Made by a program: the position numbers and the translations under genes. A stretch of 64,000 bases of DNA from Candidatus Woesebacteria bacterium (lineage in GTDB: Bacteria; Patescibacteriota; Microgenomatia; UBA8517). The notes under the pieces are model-generated. The model was not told the DNA's origin and made no database searches. It saw nothing but the letters and a program-made list of their open reading frames with translations. Location of the stretch: positions 463,123 to 527,122 of the forward strand of contig CP058602.1 in NCBI GenBank assembly GCA_013426185.1, read 5' to 3'. Positions 37,804 to 46,860 of the stretch are shown here, one piece after another. Position 1 is the first letter of the stretch, and every line of letters begins with the position of its first letter.

Positions 37804-38021
37804 TAGCAGTTAGCCAAAAATACCAGTTAACCTGGAACGACATGGAAAAAGTAGGTAAAGGACTTCTAATCGCATTAGCGGGCGCAGCCTTAACATACCT
37901 GACGGAGCAAATCCCCAACATTGATCTAGGAGAATGGACACCGATAGTGGTAGCAATCTGGTCGGTAATTGTAAACGCAGCTAGAAAATGGCTGTCGGAG
38001 ACAAGATACATTGAACAGTGA
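37800..38021 (+). CDS. holin candidate (two TM helices)
   Basis: LLIALAGAALTYL / WTPIVVAIWSVIV; adjacent to the lysin; SD AAAGGAGGTGA. Confidence 0.45.
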   Translation: MIAVSQKYQLTWNDMEKVGKGLLIALAGAALTYLTEQIPNIDLGEWTPIVVAIWSVIVNAARKWLSETRYIEQ

Positions 38022-38280
38022 AAACACTATGGCAAAATCAAAAGCAACAACTAGCATGGATATAATCGAAAGAGTTGCCAAACTTGAGGAGCGGGTGGAT
38101 AGTGGCTTTGGTTACATCAAAGAGGAACTAAAAGAAATTAAGAATAATCACCTACACACCCTCCAAGCCGATGTGAGCGACCTTAAAATTAAGGTTAATA
38201 CGCTGATGGTCAAAATGGGAATAATTGTGGCGGTGGTGACAATTGTGATCGACATCGCCATTCGATTAATCTTCAGATAA
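38011..38280 (+). CDS. coiled-coil protein with C-terminal TM (holin or spanin-like)
   Basis: C-terminal MGIIVAVVTIVIDIAIRLIF. Confidence 0.35.
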   Translation: MNSENTMAKSKATTSMDIIERVAKLEERVDSGFGYIKEELKEIKNNHLHTLQADVSDLKIKVNTLMVKMGIIVAVVTIVIDIAIRLIFR

Positions 38281-38287
38281 AAGAAGA

Positions 38288-38551
38288 CTACTTCTCCTTC
38301 TCACCAAACCTCTCGCTGTTTTTTAGTAATCGATTCAGGGCTTTATTTAAATCCTGGACGGTCTCAACCTTCAAGATATGAAACGAGGAAGAATGAACAT
38401 TCCCCACAAACACTAAAGTATCCCCCTCATTAAGCTCAAGGTCTTTTCTCATTTTGGCGGGGATCACAACCTGACCCTTCGCACCTAGAGTGGATGTGCC
38501 GTAAATGGCAGCGTTTTTTTTGATAGCCATAAAATCTGGGATTTTTTTCAT
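38288..38551 (-). CDS. AbrB/SpoVT-domain regulator (candidate lysogeny regulator or antitoxin)
   Basis: GAKGQVVIPAKMRKDLELNEGDTL matches the swapped-hairpin AbrB/MazE motif. Confidence 0.6.
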   Translation of the reverse strand: MKKIPDFMAIKKNAAIYGTSTLGAKGQVVIPAKMRKDLELNEGDTLVFVGNVHSSSFHILKVETVQDLNKALNRLLKNSERFGEKEK

Positions 38552-38650
38552 CCTGCCTAACTGCGGGCAGGAAACAGTCTCCTTGATAGAGAATTATACA
38601 CTAGCGCACAAAAGAAAGCGAACATCTCATCTACTCCCCACCAGAGATTA

Positions 38651-38929
38651 TTAAGTGCTGTCGAGGTGTTGTTTGATAAAATCCAGAAGAAGCTCGAAGC
38701 CTTCAGCGTGATTTGTCTGAACCTTTTTCAAAATCTCTTTGCACTTCGCAACATACTCCACTGAGGTTTTATAGGTCTCGGAGTCCTCGCCGAACTGCTT
38801 ACGCCTGCGCTCCTTAACCTCATCGAGCCAGTTATACAGCTCTTCCACAGTCGACTCAAACTCGTCCGAGAGAACATAGGCACGAGCAATAATTTCCTTT
38901 GCTTTAACCATATTACGAGGGATCGCCAT
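38651..38929 (-). CDS. hypothetical protein, partner of the AbrB-like gene
   Basis: Co-directional ORF between the AbrB-like gene and int. Confidence 0.35.
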   Translation of the reverse strand: MAIPRNMVKAKEIIARAYVLSDEFESTVEELYNWLDEVKERRRKQFGEDSETYKTSVEYVAKCKEILKKVQTNHAEGFELLLDFIKQHLDST

Positions 38930-38952
38930 ATTTCCAATTATACAATCAAACT

Positions 38953-40023
38953 TTACTTCTTAAGAGAAATATTGAAGGAAAAGCCGTCGTTCCGCTCGGT
39001 TAGAGTGTAATCAAAACGCTCGTCACCATGCAATCTGAAAGACTTAATCTCCTCTTTGACACTCTCGATAATAGCATGCGGGTCTTGGGACTTGCGAATA
39101 AGCGGGTGCTTAAGCATCGCCTGGCGGAGATCGTCGGTGACCATGTGAGTATAGATCATGGTAGTATCAACCTTGCGGTGACCAACAATCCGCTGGACTT
39201 TTGAGATAGCCACATCCTGACGCAAGAGTTCGGTTATAAAACTATGGCGAAAACTATGGGCGTGAAAGCGCCGATCGACATGAAGCCCAGCTCGTTTGGC
39301 ACGCTCTCGAATAGTCTTATTAACCATAGACTCGCCGATGCGTGAATTAGGGCGGGTGCGGGCAAAATGCATAGTTATAAACATCGGCGAAGAAGGTGGA
39401 ATCTCACCCCTGTTTTTAATCCACTCCCGCAATTTCTCAATCATATCAGGAGGAATAGGCACGATGCGCTGCTCATCAGTTTTAGTCTCACGGATAATAA
39501 ACTCATTCGTGCCAAAGTTAAAATCGCCCACATTTAGGGCGATTACTTCTCCAACACGGCAACCAGTCTTGGCAAGGAACTCCAGGAGCAAACCCCACAT
39601 GTAGTCGCATTTAATATACTTGGGATGCAAATCCCGCTCGTAGTTATTTTTATGAGGGGGCGGATTGATGATTTTCTCAATCTCTTCCAACGAAAGGGTC
39701 TGGTATAAAACGATTTTCTTCTTGGGACGAAGCTGGTTCAGGTTAGAAGTGCAATCCTCTAAAGGCAAATGCTTCTCGGCAATAAGGAAGCGGATGAATG
39801 AGTTGAGGGAAGTGATTAGGACATGGATATAGTTAGGAGACAAATCGCTTCTTTTATACTCCCGCAGGAGCAGTCGTATATTTTCAAACGAGAACTCCCG
39901 ACCACCCAGGTCACGAAAGAAGCGCTCTAGCCACTGCCTCCGCACTTTGCATGTATGATCGGTGAGGTCTCGGTCATAGCGAATAAAATCAATGTATTCC
40001 GAGAGGTATTTTTGATAGCTCAT
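38953..40023 (-). CDS. int: tyrosine recombinase / phage integrase
   Basis: Catalytic R (TGCRVGE), HxxR (HAHSFRHS), Y (TMIYTHM); N-terminal SAM-like core-binding domain. Confidence 0.9.
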   Translation of the reverse strand: MSYQKYLSEYIDFIRYDRDLTDHTCKVRRQWLERFFRDLGGREFSFENIRLLLREYKRSDLSPNYIHVLITSLNSFIRFLIAEKHLPLEDCTSNLNQLRPKKKIVLYQTLSLEEIEKIINPPPHKNNYERDLHPKYIKCDYMWGLLLEFLAKTGCRVGEVIALNVGDFNFGTNEFIIRETKTDEQRIVPIPPDMIEKLREWIKNRGEIPPSSPMFITMHFARTRPNSRIGESMVNKTIRERAKRAGLHVDRRFHAHSFRHSFITELLRQDVAISKVQRIVGHRKVDTTMIYTHMVTDDLRQAMLKHPLIRKSQDPHAIIESVKEEIKSFRLHGDERFDYTLTERNDGFSFNISLKK

Positions 40024-40044
40024 GGTTCAATTATAAGGGGCAGG

Positions 40045-40071
40045 TTTCCAACTTCTCCAACATTTCCAACT
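40045..40071. repeat. three tandem 9-mers (TTTCCAACT TCTCCAACA TTTCCAACT) just upstream of int
   Basis: Read directly from the sequence; possible integrase arm or regulator sites. Confidence 0.4.
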
Positions 40072-40185
40072 AAAATTATAACGACTTTAGGCAGGGGGCA
40101 AAAAAGGGCTTGACTTTTACTTAGAAATGTGTTTCACTGGTATTTAGCACTGGGAAAAGTCCAGGGACTTTAAGAAGAAAAGAAG

Positions 40186-41133
40186 CTAACTTACCTCCGA
40201 GAACTCCGATAACTCATCCAAAAAAAGAACCCCTCGATGCGCTAAAGATACCTCACCAGGCGTTAGGTTAGATCCTCCACCAATCAAGCCAATTCTACTT
40301 GTAGTGTGATGCGGACTACGAAAAGGCCTTGTTGTGATTATTGAATCTCCAGTTGATAAATTACCAGTTACAGAATAAATTTTAGTTACCTCAAGAGCTT
40401 CTTCCTCAGTTAAAGTAGGCAAAATCCCGGGCAAGGCTCGAGCTAGCATAGTCTTTCCCGAGCCAGGAGTTCCTCGCATAAAAATATTGTGCGCACCAGC
40501 TGCCGCTATTTCCATAGCTCTTTTTGCCTGTTCCTGGCCAATAATTTCAGCAAAATCAAATTCAGCTTGGGCAACCTTAAGTAAAGAAGAAAGATCAACT
40601 TTTGGCGCAGGTTCTATTTCCAAAGATCCCCTAAAAAACCTCACCAAAGAAAGTAAGGATTCAACAGGATAGACTTTGATATCAGAGACAATTGAAGCTT
40701 CCTCCTGATTAATCTTGGGAACAAAAACTCTTTTAATCTTTTTTTCTCGAGCAAGATAACTAACAGGTAAAATCCCATTGGTATGGCGCAAACTGCCATC
40801 AAGAGATAGTTCACCAAAAAATAAAGAATCAGAGGTATCAGCTGAAATTTGTCCTGAAGCAATCAAAATTCCAAGAGCAATAGGCAGATCGTAAGCAGGG
40901 CCAACTTTGGGAAGATCAGCTGGCGCCAAATTAACCGTAATTCTTCCTTCTGGAAATTTAGCTCCCGAATTCTTTAAAGCTGACCTAACTCTTTCTTTTG
41001 ACTCCTCAACCGCCTTATCAGGAAGGCCCACAATATTAAACGCCGGTAAACCTTCCTCAGGCACATCTACCTCCACCTCAACCAAACGACCTTCAAGCCC
41101 TAAAGTGGCGCCTGAAATAATCTTGGCAAGCAT
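40186..41133 (-). pseudogene. comM: comM / YifB-family Mg-chelatase-like AAA+ gene, 3'-truncated (stops 8 codons after Walker B)
   Basis: Lon-like N-domain, GTPGSGKT, VLFLDELSEF then SEVS-stop; about 190 C-terminal residues are missing relative to ~500-aa ComM. Confidence 0.7.
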
Positions 41134-41135
41134 AT

Positions 41136-41831
41136 CTATTTCTTATTCAATTTGTCGTACCACTCATTTAAGATCCTTGACACCAAGTCTTTTGCCCCCA
41201 AACCAAAAGACAAACCCACAGCCAAGACAAAAGTATAAGTTAAACCTTGTAAAAAGGTGCTAATTAAAGTTTGGGCGATTTTCAACTGGTCAAGCGCCGC
41301 AAAAAAGGCTATCAGTAAAATCAACCATCTGGCAAGAACAGAAAGCGGCTTGGCAATATTTTTGTCAATGGAAAGAACTGCCCCCTTCACTAACTTCTCT
41401 ACTAGATTGGCTACTAAATAGCCAAGAACCAAAACAAAAATAGCAGCCGCAATACTTGGCAGATAACCTAAGATAGAAAACAAAACCTGCGAGACGCTAC
41501 TTAAACCCAAAATATCAAGCGCGGAAAGAAAAAATATTAAAACAACCAACCATCTTAAGACTATAGCCACCAAATCTACCAAGCTAAGATTAATCTCGGC
41601 TTTTTTAAGGACTTTCTCCGCCCCAATAGTTTTTGAAAGGTTTTCTACTCTCGCCAATCTGAGAAGCTTGACTATCAAAACCTGAATCCAAGAACCAAGA
41701 GCCAAGCCGATAGCAAAAACAACAATTGCCCAAAAGAGCTTTAAGGATGCGTCAAAGACCAAAGGCCAAACTCCTATTGTAGAACCAGCAAAGACATTGC
41801 TTAAATATCCTAAACCTTGCATTATTTTCAC
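41136..41831 (-). CDS. membrane protein with repeated conserved-TM-helix (MscS-associated type) segments
   Basis: Hydrophobic repeats; K-rich linker. Confidence 0.35.
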   Translation of the reverse strand: MKIMQGLGYLSNVFAGSTIGVWPLVFDASLKLFWAIVVFAIGLALGSWIQVLIVKLLRLARVENLSKTIGAEKVLKKAEINLSLVDLVAIVLRWLVVLIFFLSALDILGLSSVSQVLFSILGYLPSIAAAIFVLVLGYLVANLVEKLVKGAVLSIDKNIAKPLSVLARWLILLIAFFAALDQLKIAQTLISTFLQGLTYTFVLAVGLSFGLGAKDLVSRILNEWYDKLNKK

Positions 41832-41901
41832 CCCCTTTCTCTACTTTTATCTTGAAGCTTATTTATGAGGAAGTCAAGAATAAAAAAAGTATTTTACCAA
41901 A

Positions 41902-42220
41902 GGCTTGCCTTGGAGAGTGGTAAGCCGGATTCTGTTTCTAAGCAATCATCAGTCTTATGCCCTGCCTTAGGACTCGGGAAAGGCACCTCAAGCGTCCAAC
42001 TCGCAGGTTGCAGCGGAGGGGATTGCCCGTTTCACCCTTTCTCCTTCTTTAGGAAAGAGAAAGACTCGTCTCTGTTGCTCTCGCAGAGTGTCAATTCACT
42101 CCACGTCTTCTTACGAAGAACCAGCCCTTTCGGGTCACCGCTTGCGCGGCGCATCTTGCCTTTCAGCTGTCCGGACTTTCCTCCCCCCAATGGAGGGCGA
42201 TTGCTCCCTCTCCAAGGCAA
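41902..42220 (-). ncRNA. rnpB: RNase P RNA, bacterial type A
   Basis: Minus strand reads GCCTTGGAGAG...GGAAAGTCCGGAC...CGCGCAAGCGG...GCAACAGAGAC...AAGGGTGAAACGGG...ACAGAATCCGGCTTACC...CTCTCCAAGGC (P1 pairing, P4 halves, J11/12); GC-rich island in AT-rich DNA. Confidence 0.85.
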
Positions 42221-42254
42221 ATGTATTTTATCAAAAAACGAGGTTTTTATCAAA

Positions 42255-43226
42255 CTAACGGCGCAAATAGAGTCTGACTAACACACTCAAAGTTAAATAA
42301 ACAGGAATGGCCATTAAGGCTCCAACAACTCCTGCTATTTTTGCTCCAATTGCCAAGCAAAGAAGGACTACTACGGGATTAATTCCCGTTGATTTTTCCA
42401 TGACCTTAGGAACTAGAAGATGATTTTCCAGCTGTTGAACCACTAGATATAAAACTGCAACCGCTAAACCCATTAGAGGTGAGATACCCAAACCCACAAT
42501 CACAGCGGGCACGGCCGAGACTAAAGGCCCTATTATTGGCACTATCTCGAATACGCCTGCGAATATAGCAAGAGGTAAAGAAAAAGGAACTCCCAAAGCA
42601 AAAAGCCCTAAAAACGTAAGGAACCCTACAGAAAACATCAGAATTAGCTGCCCCCTCAGCCATGAACCCAGACTTTTTTCCCAAAGAACCAAAAAATTCT
42701 TCACCTTTTTACAAATTGAAATATCAAAAAAATTATCCAACATATTATCCAGCTTGTCTCTTGAAAGAAGAAGATAAAAAGCTATTACCAGCACAGAAAC
42801 AACACCTAACACGTTGGAAAAAACAGAAAAGGTAATTTTTATAAGAGAACTAGAGAAAGAACCTAACTGACTAGCCAATTCGTTTATTAAAGGTTGCCCA
42901 ATCATCGGCAAAACCAAGATATTATCAATCAAATTAGGCAAAACAGACAAAAGATGAGATGTCTGTTCAACTAAAGGAGGAATAAGAGACGCTACTGAGA
43001 ATGATAATAATCCTAGCACCAAAACATAAACCAGAAGTACGCTTAGGCCCCTCGGTATTTTCAACTTAGATAAGCGACTAACCAGAGGATTTAAAACCGC
43101 CATTATCAAAAGAGCAATAAAAAAGACCAAAATTATGTCGCGAATAAAATACAAAAACCACAAAAACGACAAAAACAAAACAGTAAAAATAATAGTCCTG
43201 TGAGAAATCTCAATCTTTTGTGGCAT
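42255..43226 (-). CDS. AI-2E family transporter (PerM/UPF0118)
   Basis: 8-TM topology and typical AI-2E composition. Confidence 0.65.
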   Translation of the reverse strand: MPQKIEISHRTIIFTVLFLSFLWFLYFIRDIILVFFIALLIMAVLNPLVSRLSKLKIPRGLSVLLVYVLVLGLLSFSVASLIPPLVEQTSHLLSVLPNLIDNILVLPMIGQPLINELASQLGSFSSSLIKITFSVFSNVLGVVSVLVIAFYLLLSRDKLDNMLDNFFDISICKKVKNFLVLWEKSLGSWLRGQLILMFSVGFLTFLGLFALGVPFSLPLAIFAGVFEIVPIIGPLVSAVPAVIVGLGISPLMGLAVAVLYLVVQQLENHLLVPKVMEKSTGINPVVVLLCLAIGAKIAGVVGALMAIPVYLTLSVLVRLYLRR

Positions 43227-43231
43227 AACTA

Positions 43232-44233
43232 TTAACTATAATACCAATTTTTCACCGCTTTTTCTACTTCTTTCAACCAGTCGCCATTGCTAATATCAAA
43301 CCATATAATTCTCTTGTCTTTTTTAAACCAGGTCATCTGACGCCTAGCATAAGCAAACTCATCACTCACCCAGTTCTCAATCATCTCCTTTTTATTCATT
43401 TTTCCTAAGAGATAATTTTTTATATTTTTATAACCCAAAGTGTCCATTGAATGAAAAGACCAATCAATACCATCTCTAAGTAACTCTAAAACTTCTTTTT
43501 TAAAACCAACTCTTAATCTTTCAATTACTCTTTTTTTAATTCTATTTTTTAATATCGGAAGTGGAGCCATTAGACCAATAAACAAAAAGTCAGAGTCTTT
43601 GTCCCAAGGTAAAACCAAAGATACTTTTTTACCCAAATTTCGAGCTCTCCATTGAGCTACTTCTATTGCTCTAACTAACCGCCTTGGATTTTTGCGATCT
43701 GACAAATTAAGAGATGCTGCTTTTTTAGGATCAAGCTGAGCCAGTTTTTCAAAAAGTTCGCCGACCGAAAGATCTGATAACCACCTCCTCAAATCATCAT
43801 CACGAGGAACCAAAACATTGGGGATGCCGTCAACTAAACTTTTGAGATAAAAACCACTACCTCCCACTAGAACTGGCATTTTATCCCTTAAGAGAATATT
43901 TTTAACTATTGGAACAGTCTTTTTAAGATAAGTAGCAACACTAAAATCCTCTTTTGGCGAAACCAAGTCATAACCCCAGATTTTGACACCCGAGATTTGA
44001 TAACAACCTATCTTCTTCTTTTTTAGACTATCTTCAGAGTAAGTTAACTTTGCGCCAAGAGGCAAATCCTTACCAGTCCCTATATCCATCTTTTGATAAA
44101 CTTGTCTTGAGTCAACAGAAACTATTTCTCCCAACAAATCTTTTTTATCCAAAGACAGTGCTTTAATCAAATAAATTGCCAATTTTGTTTTCCCTGTCGC
44201 TGTCGGGCCACAAATAACTAAGACTTTTTTCAT
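43232..44233 (-). CDS. miaA: tRNA dimethylallyltransferase
   Basis: VLVICGPTATGKTKLAI...SVDSRQVYQKMDIGTGK. Confidence 0.85.
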   Translation of the reverse strand: MKKVLVICGPTATGKTKLAIYLIKALSLDKKDLLGEIVSVDSRQVYQKMDIGTGKDLPLGAKLTYSEDSLKKKKIGCYQISGVKIWGYDLVSPKEDFSVATYLKKTVPIVKNILLRDKMPVLVGGSGFYLKSLVDGIPNVLVPRDDDLRRWLSDLSVGELFEKLAQLDPKKAASLNLSDRKNPRRLVRAIEVAQWRARNLGKKVSLVLPWDKDSDFLFIGLMAPLPILKNRIKKRVIERLRVGFKKEVLELLRDGIDWSFHSMDTLGYKNIKNYLLGKMNKKEMIENWVSDEFAYARRQMTWFKKDKRIIWFDISNGDWLKEVEKAVKNWYYS

Positions 44234-44234
44234 A

Positions 44235-45023
44235 TTAACTTGAGGCGCTGGTGTATTTTGTCAAAGCAAAATTCCAAAATTTAATCGAAATAAAGAAGAA
44301 AACAAAACCAAAAAGAACAGAAACCACTATGAATCTAGGAGAAAGAAGATTCATCAAAGCTTTGGCAGGAAAAGCAATCATTATGCCAAGAGGAATAAAG
44401 AAGGTCAAAAAGGAAGCCACTTTTTTGCCGTAAACTTCAAGAGGGAACCTCGCCATTGTCTCAAGATCGCGATAAATCATCACCATGTGATCTATCTCCA
44501 AAGTAATAATACTCAAAGAAGCAATAATCGTATGAAGAGAAAAAGAAATAAAAAGACCGTTTAATAAAAGTAAAACAAAAAGAATAACTTGATAAAAATC
44601 AGGTGATAAAGGGCGCGCAGCATAAAATAAAGCCAAAATTAAAGGCGGAATTGTAACAAGGTCGATAAAATCAAAACCGCCAAAGATCACTCTAAAAAGA
44701 GGGCTAATGGGCTTACTTAAAATTAAATCAAAATTTCCAGAGACAACTGATTGACGGAAAGTGTAAACATTACGGAAAAACATCTGCGAAAGACTACTTA
44801 TGAGATTAAAAACAACAAAAAAAAGAATTGCTTGGTCTTTTGAATAAGAACCTATGCCATTTGTTTTTTTAAGAATAAAAAACAAAAAAAGGATAAAGAA
44901 AATAAAACGCAAGATTTTCCCCGTCAAAAAGACAAAAAAGCCTAACTTACGAGTTAAGTGAACAAAAAAACTTTTTTTAGATAAGATAGACCAGATATAA
45001 AGATATCTTCTAACGATTTTCAT
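44235..45023 (-). CDS. ABC-2 type transporter permease
   Basis: Six-TM permease, operon with ATPase. Confidence 0.55.
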   Translation of the reverse strand: MKIVRRYLYIWSILSKKSFFVHLTRKLGFFVFLTGKILRFIFFILFLFFILKKTNGIGSYSKDQAILFFVVFNLISSLSQMFFRNVYTFRQSVVSGNFDLILSKPISPLFRVIFGGFDFIDLVTIPPLILALFYAARPLSPDFYQVILFVLLLLNGLFISFSLHTIIASLSIITLEIDHMVMIYRDLETMARFPLEVYGKKVASFLTFFIPLGIMIAFPAKALMNLLSPRFIVVSVLFGFVFFFISIKFWNFALTKYTSASS

Positions 45024-45025
45024 TT

Positions 45026-45829
45026 TTATCTTCCTTCAGCGTTGTAAGCCTTAAGCCCCAAGCGCCAAACTTTCAAAAGGGCAAAACTTAAAACCACAAA
45101 CCAGAAAAAGGCAATGATAATTCCTTTAAAAATCAAAAATTGACTCACTTTGCCTAGGTAAACCTGAAGCGGAAAGAAAAGAAGATAATAAAAGGGCAAA
45201 TAAGAAAAAATCTTAAAAAGAAACCCAGGAAGAATATCAAGCGGGAAAATTCCTCCCGAGAAAAACTCAAGAATAATCACAATAAAAAGAAATTGAGCCG
45301 CCCAAGCATTCTCGGGCATAAAAAAAGAAATCATATTCACCAAAAACAAAATTACAAAGAAAAGAAGAACCGCCAACACTAAAGAAACAAGAAATGAAAT
45401 TAAAACTAAAGGGTCGCCTTGAAAATAAAGCGGCGGTTTAAGCCAAAGGTAAAGAAGAAATATTTCAACAGCCGAGAAACCTATATTTAAAGCCTTGCTT
45501 GAAATATCACGACAAAACCAATACTTAAAATAATTAACTGGTTTAAGCAAAAGGTTGGTCAAATTGCCGCTTGATATCTCCCCTGCCACATCAACAGCGC
45601 GAGAGGAAAGAACAATTGCTCTTAAGATCAAGATACCAAAAACATAAGTTAAAATCTTGGCTCGGTCATAGCCAAAAAAGGCTTGAGAAGAATTAGAAAA
45701 GATAGTGTTCCAAAAAGAAAAAATAACTAAAATCTGAATTACATTTCTCACCCTCCACATCAAAAAATTAAACCTGTAAGCAAATTCTTGGTTAAAAGAA
45801 ACCTTAAAAATCTGCCAGTACTTTCTCAT
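45026..45829 (-). CDS. ABC-2 type transporter permease
   Basis: Six-TM permease, operon with ATPase. Confidence 0.55.
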   Translation of the reverse strand: MRKYWQIFKVSFNQEFAYRFNFLMWRVRNVIQILVIFSFWNTIFSNSSQAFFGYDRAKILTYVFGILILRAIVLSSRAVDVAGEISSGNLTNLLLKPVNYFKYWFCRDISSKALNIGFSAVEIFLLYLWLKPPLYFQGDPLVLISFLVSLVLAVLLFFVILFLVNMISFFMPENAWAAQFLFIVIILEFFSGGIFPLDILPGFLFKIFSYLPFYYLLFFPLQVYLGKVSQFLIFKGIIIAFFWFVVLSFALLKVWRLGLKAYNAEGR

Positions 45830-46824
45830 TTTGATTTTCTCAAAACACCTTCCTTAAAGACTCTCTTAATTACATCTTCTATTGGCTCCTCTTCTATAGT
45901 AATGTCCGCAACAGGGAAATTCTGTAAGATCTCGGCTGTTGCAATGGCAGCGGTTTCTCTTGGTATTAAAAGGACTACTTCTGGAAAATCAATTTTTTTA
46001 ACCTTGCCTATCTCTTCAAATTTCTTGAAATCAGTGCTATCTGAAAGATAAACTTTGACTAATTTTTTCTTGGCGAAAGTTTCAATCAAAAAGCTAAGCT
46101 TGCCATCAAAAGCTATTTTGCCTTTGTTAATAACAATAACTCGCTTGGCAACTCCCAAGATATCATCCATATTGTGCGAAGTTAAAATCATAGTAGCCCC
46201 ACGCCTGCGATTATAATCAAGCAAAAATTCCCTAATTTTTGTCTGCGCCAAAATATCAAGCCCAATAGTTGGCTCGTCAAGAAAAAGAACACTTGGGTTA
46301 TGAATAAGCGCCGCGACAAGCTCAAGACGCATCCTCTGCCCCAAAGAAAGCCGCCTCACAGGAATATTAAGCAGATTCTCAACATCAAGTAATTCCACAA
46401 GTTCTCTTAAACTTTTCTCATAATCTCTCTTAGATAATTCATAGATAGCTCTGTTTAAATCCAAAGTGTCAATTGCAGGCAGATCCCACCACAATTGGTT
46501 CTTCTGCCCCATAACAAGGCTGATCTTCTTTAGATAATCAGCTTTTCTTTGCCAAGGATCAAACCCTAGAACCTGAACTAGACCGGAAGAGGGGTAAAGA
46601 AGCCCAGAAAGAATTTTCAAGGTTGTTGTCTTGCCCGCACCATTTGGCCCAATGAAACCAACCAACTCACCTTCATCAATAGAAAAAGAAATCTCATCCA
46701 AAGCTCTTACTATTTTTCTTGTTGGATTAAATAAAGAAGAGAGACCACCAAGAAAGCCTTCCTTTTTAACATTAACCACAAATTCTTTTGAGAGCTTATC
46801 CACTAAAACTACTTTCTCCATCAA
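45826..46824 (-). CDS. ABC transporter ATP-binding protein
   Basis: Walker A GPNGAGKTTT, signature LSLGQRMRL, Walker B LFLDEPT. Confidence 0.85.
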   Translation of the reverse strand: MMEKVVLVDKLSKEFVVNVKKEGFLGGLSSLFNPTRKIVRALDEISFSIDEGELVGFIGPNGAGKTTTLKILSGLLYPSSGLVQVLGFDPWQRKADYLKKISLVMGQKNQLWWDLPAIDTLDLNRAIYELSKRDYEKSLRELVELLDVENLLNIPVRRLSLGQRMRLELVAALIHNPSVLFLDEPTIGLDILAQTKIREFLLDYNRRRGATMILTSHNMDDILGVAKRVIVINKGKIAFDGKLSFLIETFAKKKLVKVYLSDSTDFKKFEEIGKVKKIDFPEVVLLIPRETAAIATAEILQNFPVADITIEEEPIEDVIKRVFKEGVLRKSK

Positions 46825-46860
46825 GCCTAGTATACTACAAAAATCAAAAACAACGCGCTA

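Larger units (their letters stand above)
1..40185 (+). mobile_element. Integrated temperate phage (prophage); left end lies outside the window, right end at the integrase/comM junction
   Basis: Contiguous + strand phage modules (recombination, TerS/TerL, portal, scaffold, MCP, tail, lysis) ending with a - strand tyrosine integrase next to a truncated comM; GC visibly higher than the host flank. Confidence 0.8.

Noticed and set aside
41865-42281. 138-aa + strand ORF and 73-aa - strand ORF (42032..42253) in the gap between membrane protein and AI-2E transporter
   Set aside because: The region is the RNase P RNA gene (rnpB, - strand); these ORFs are artefacts of a GC-rich structured RNA.
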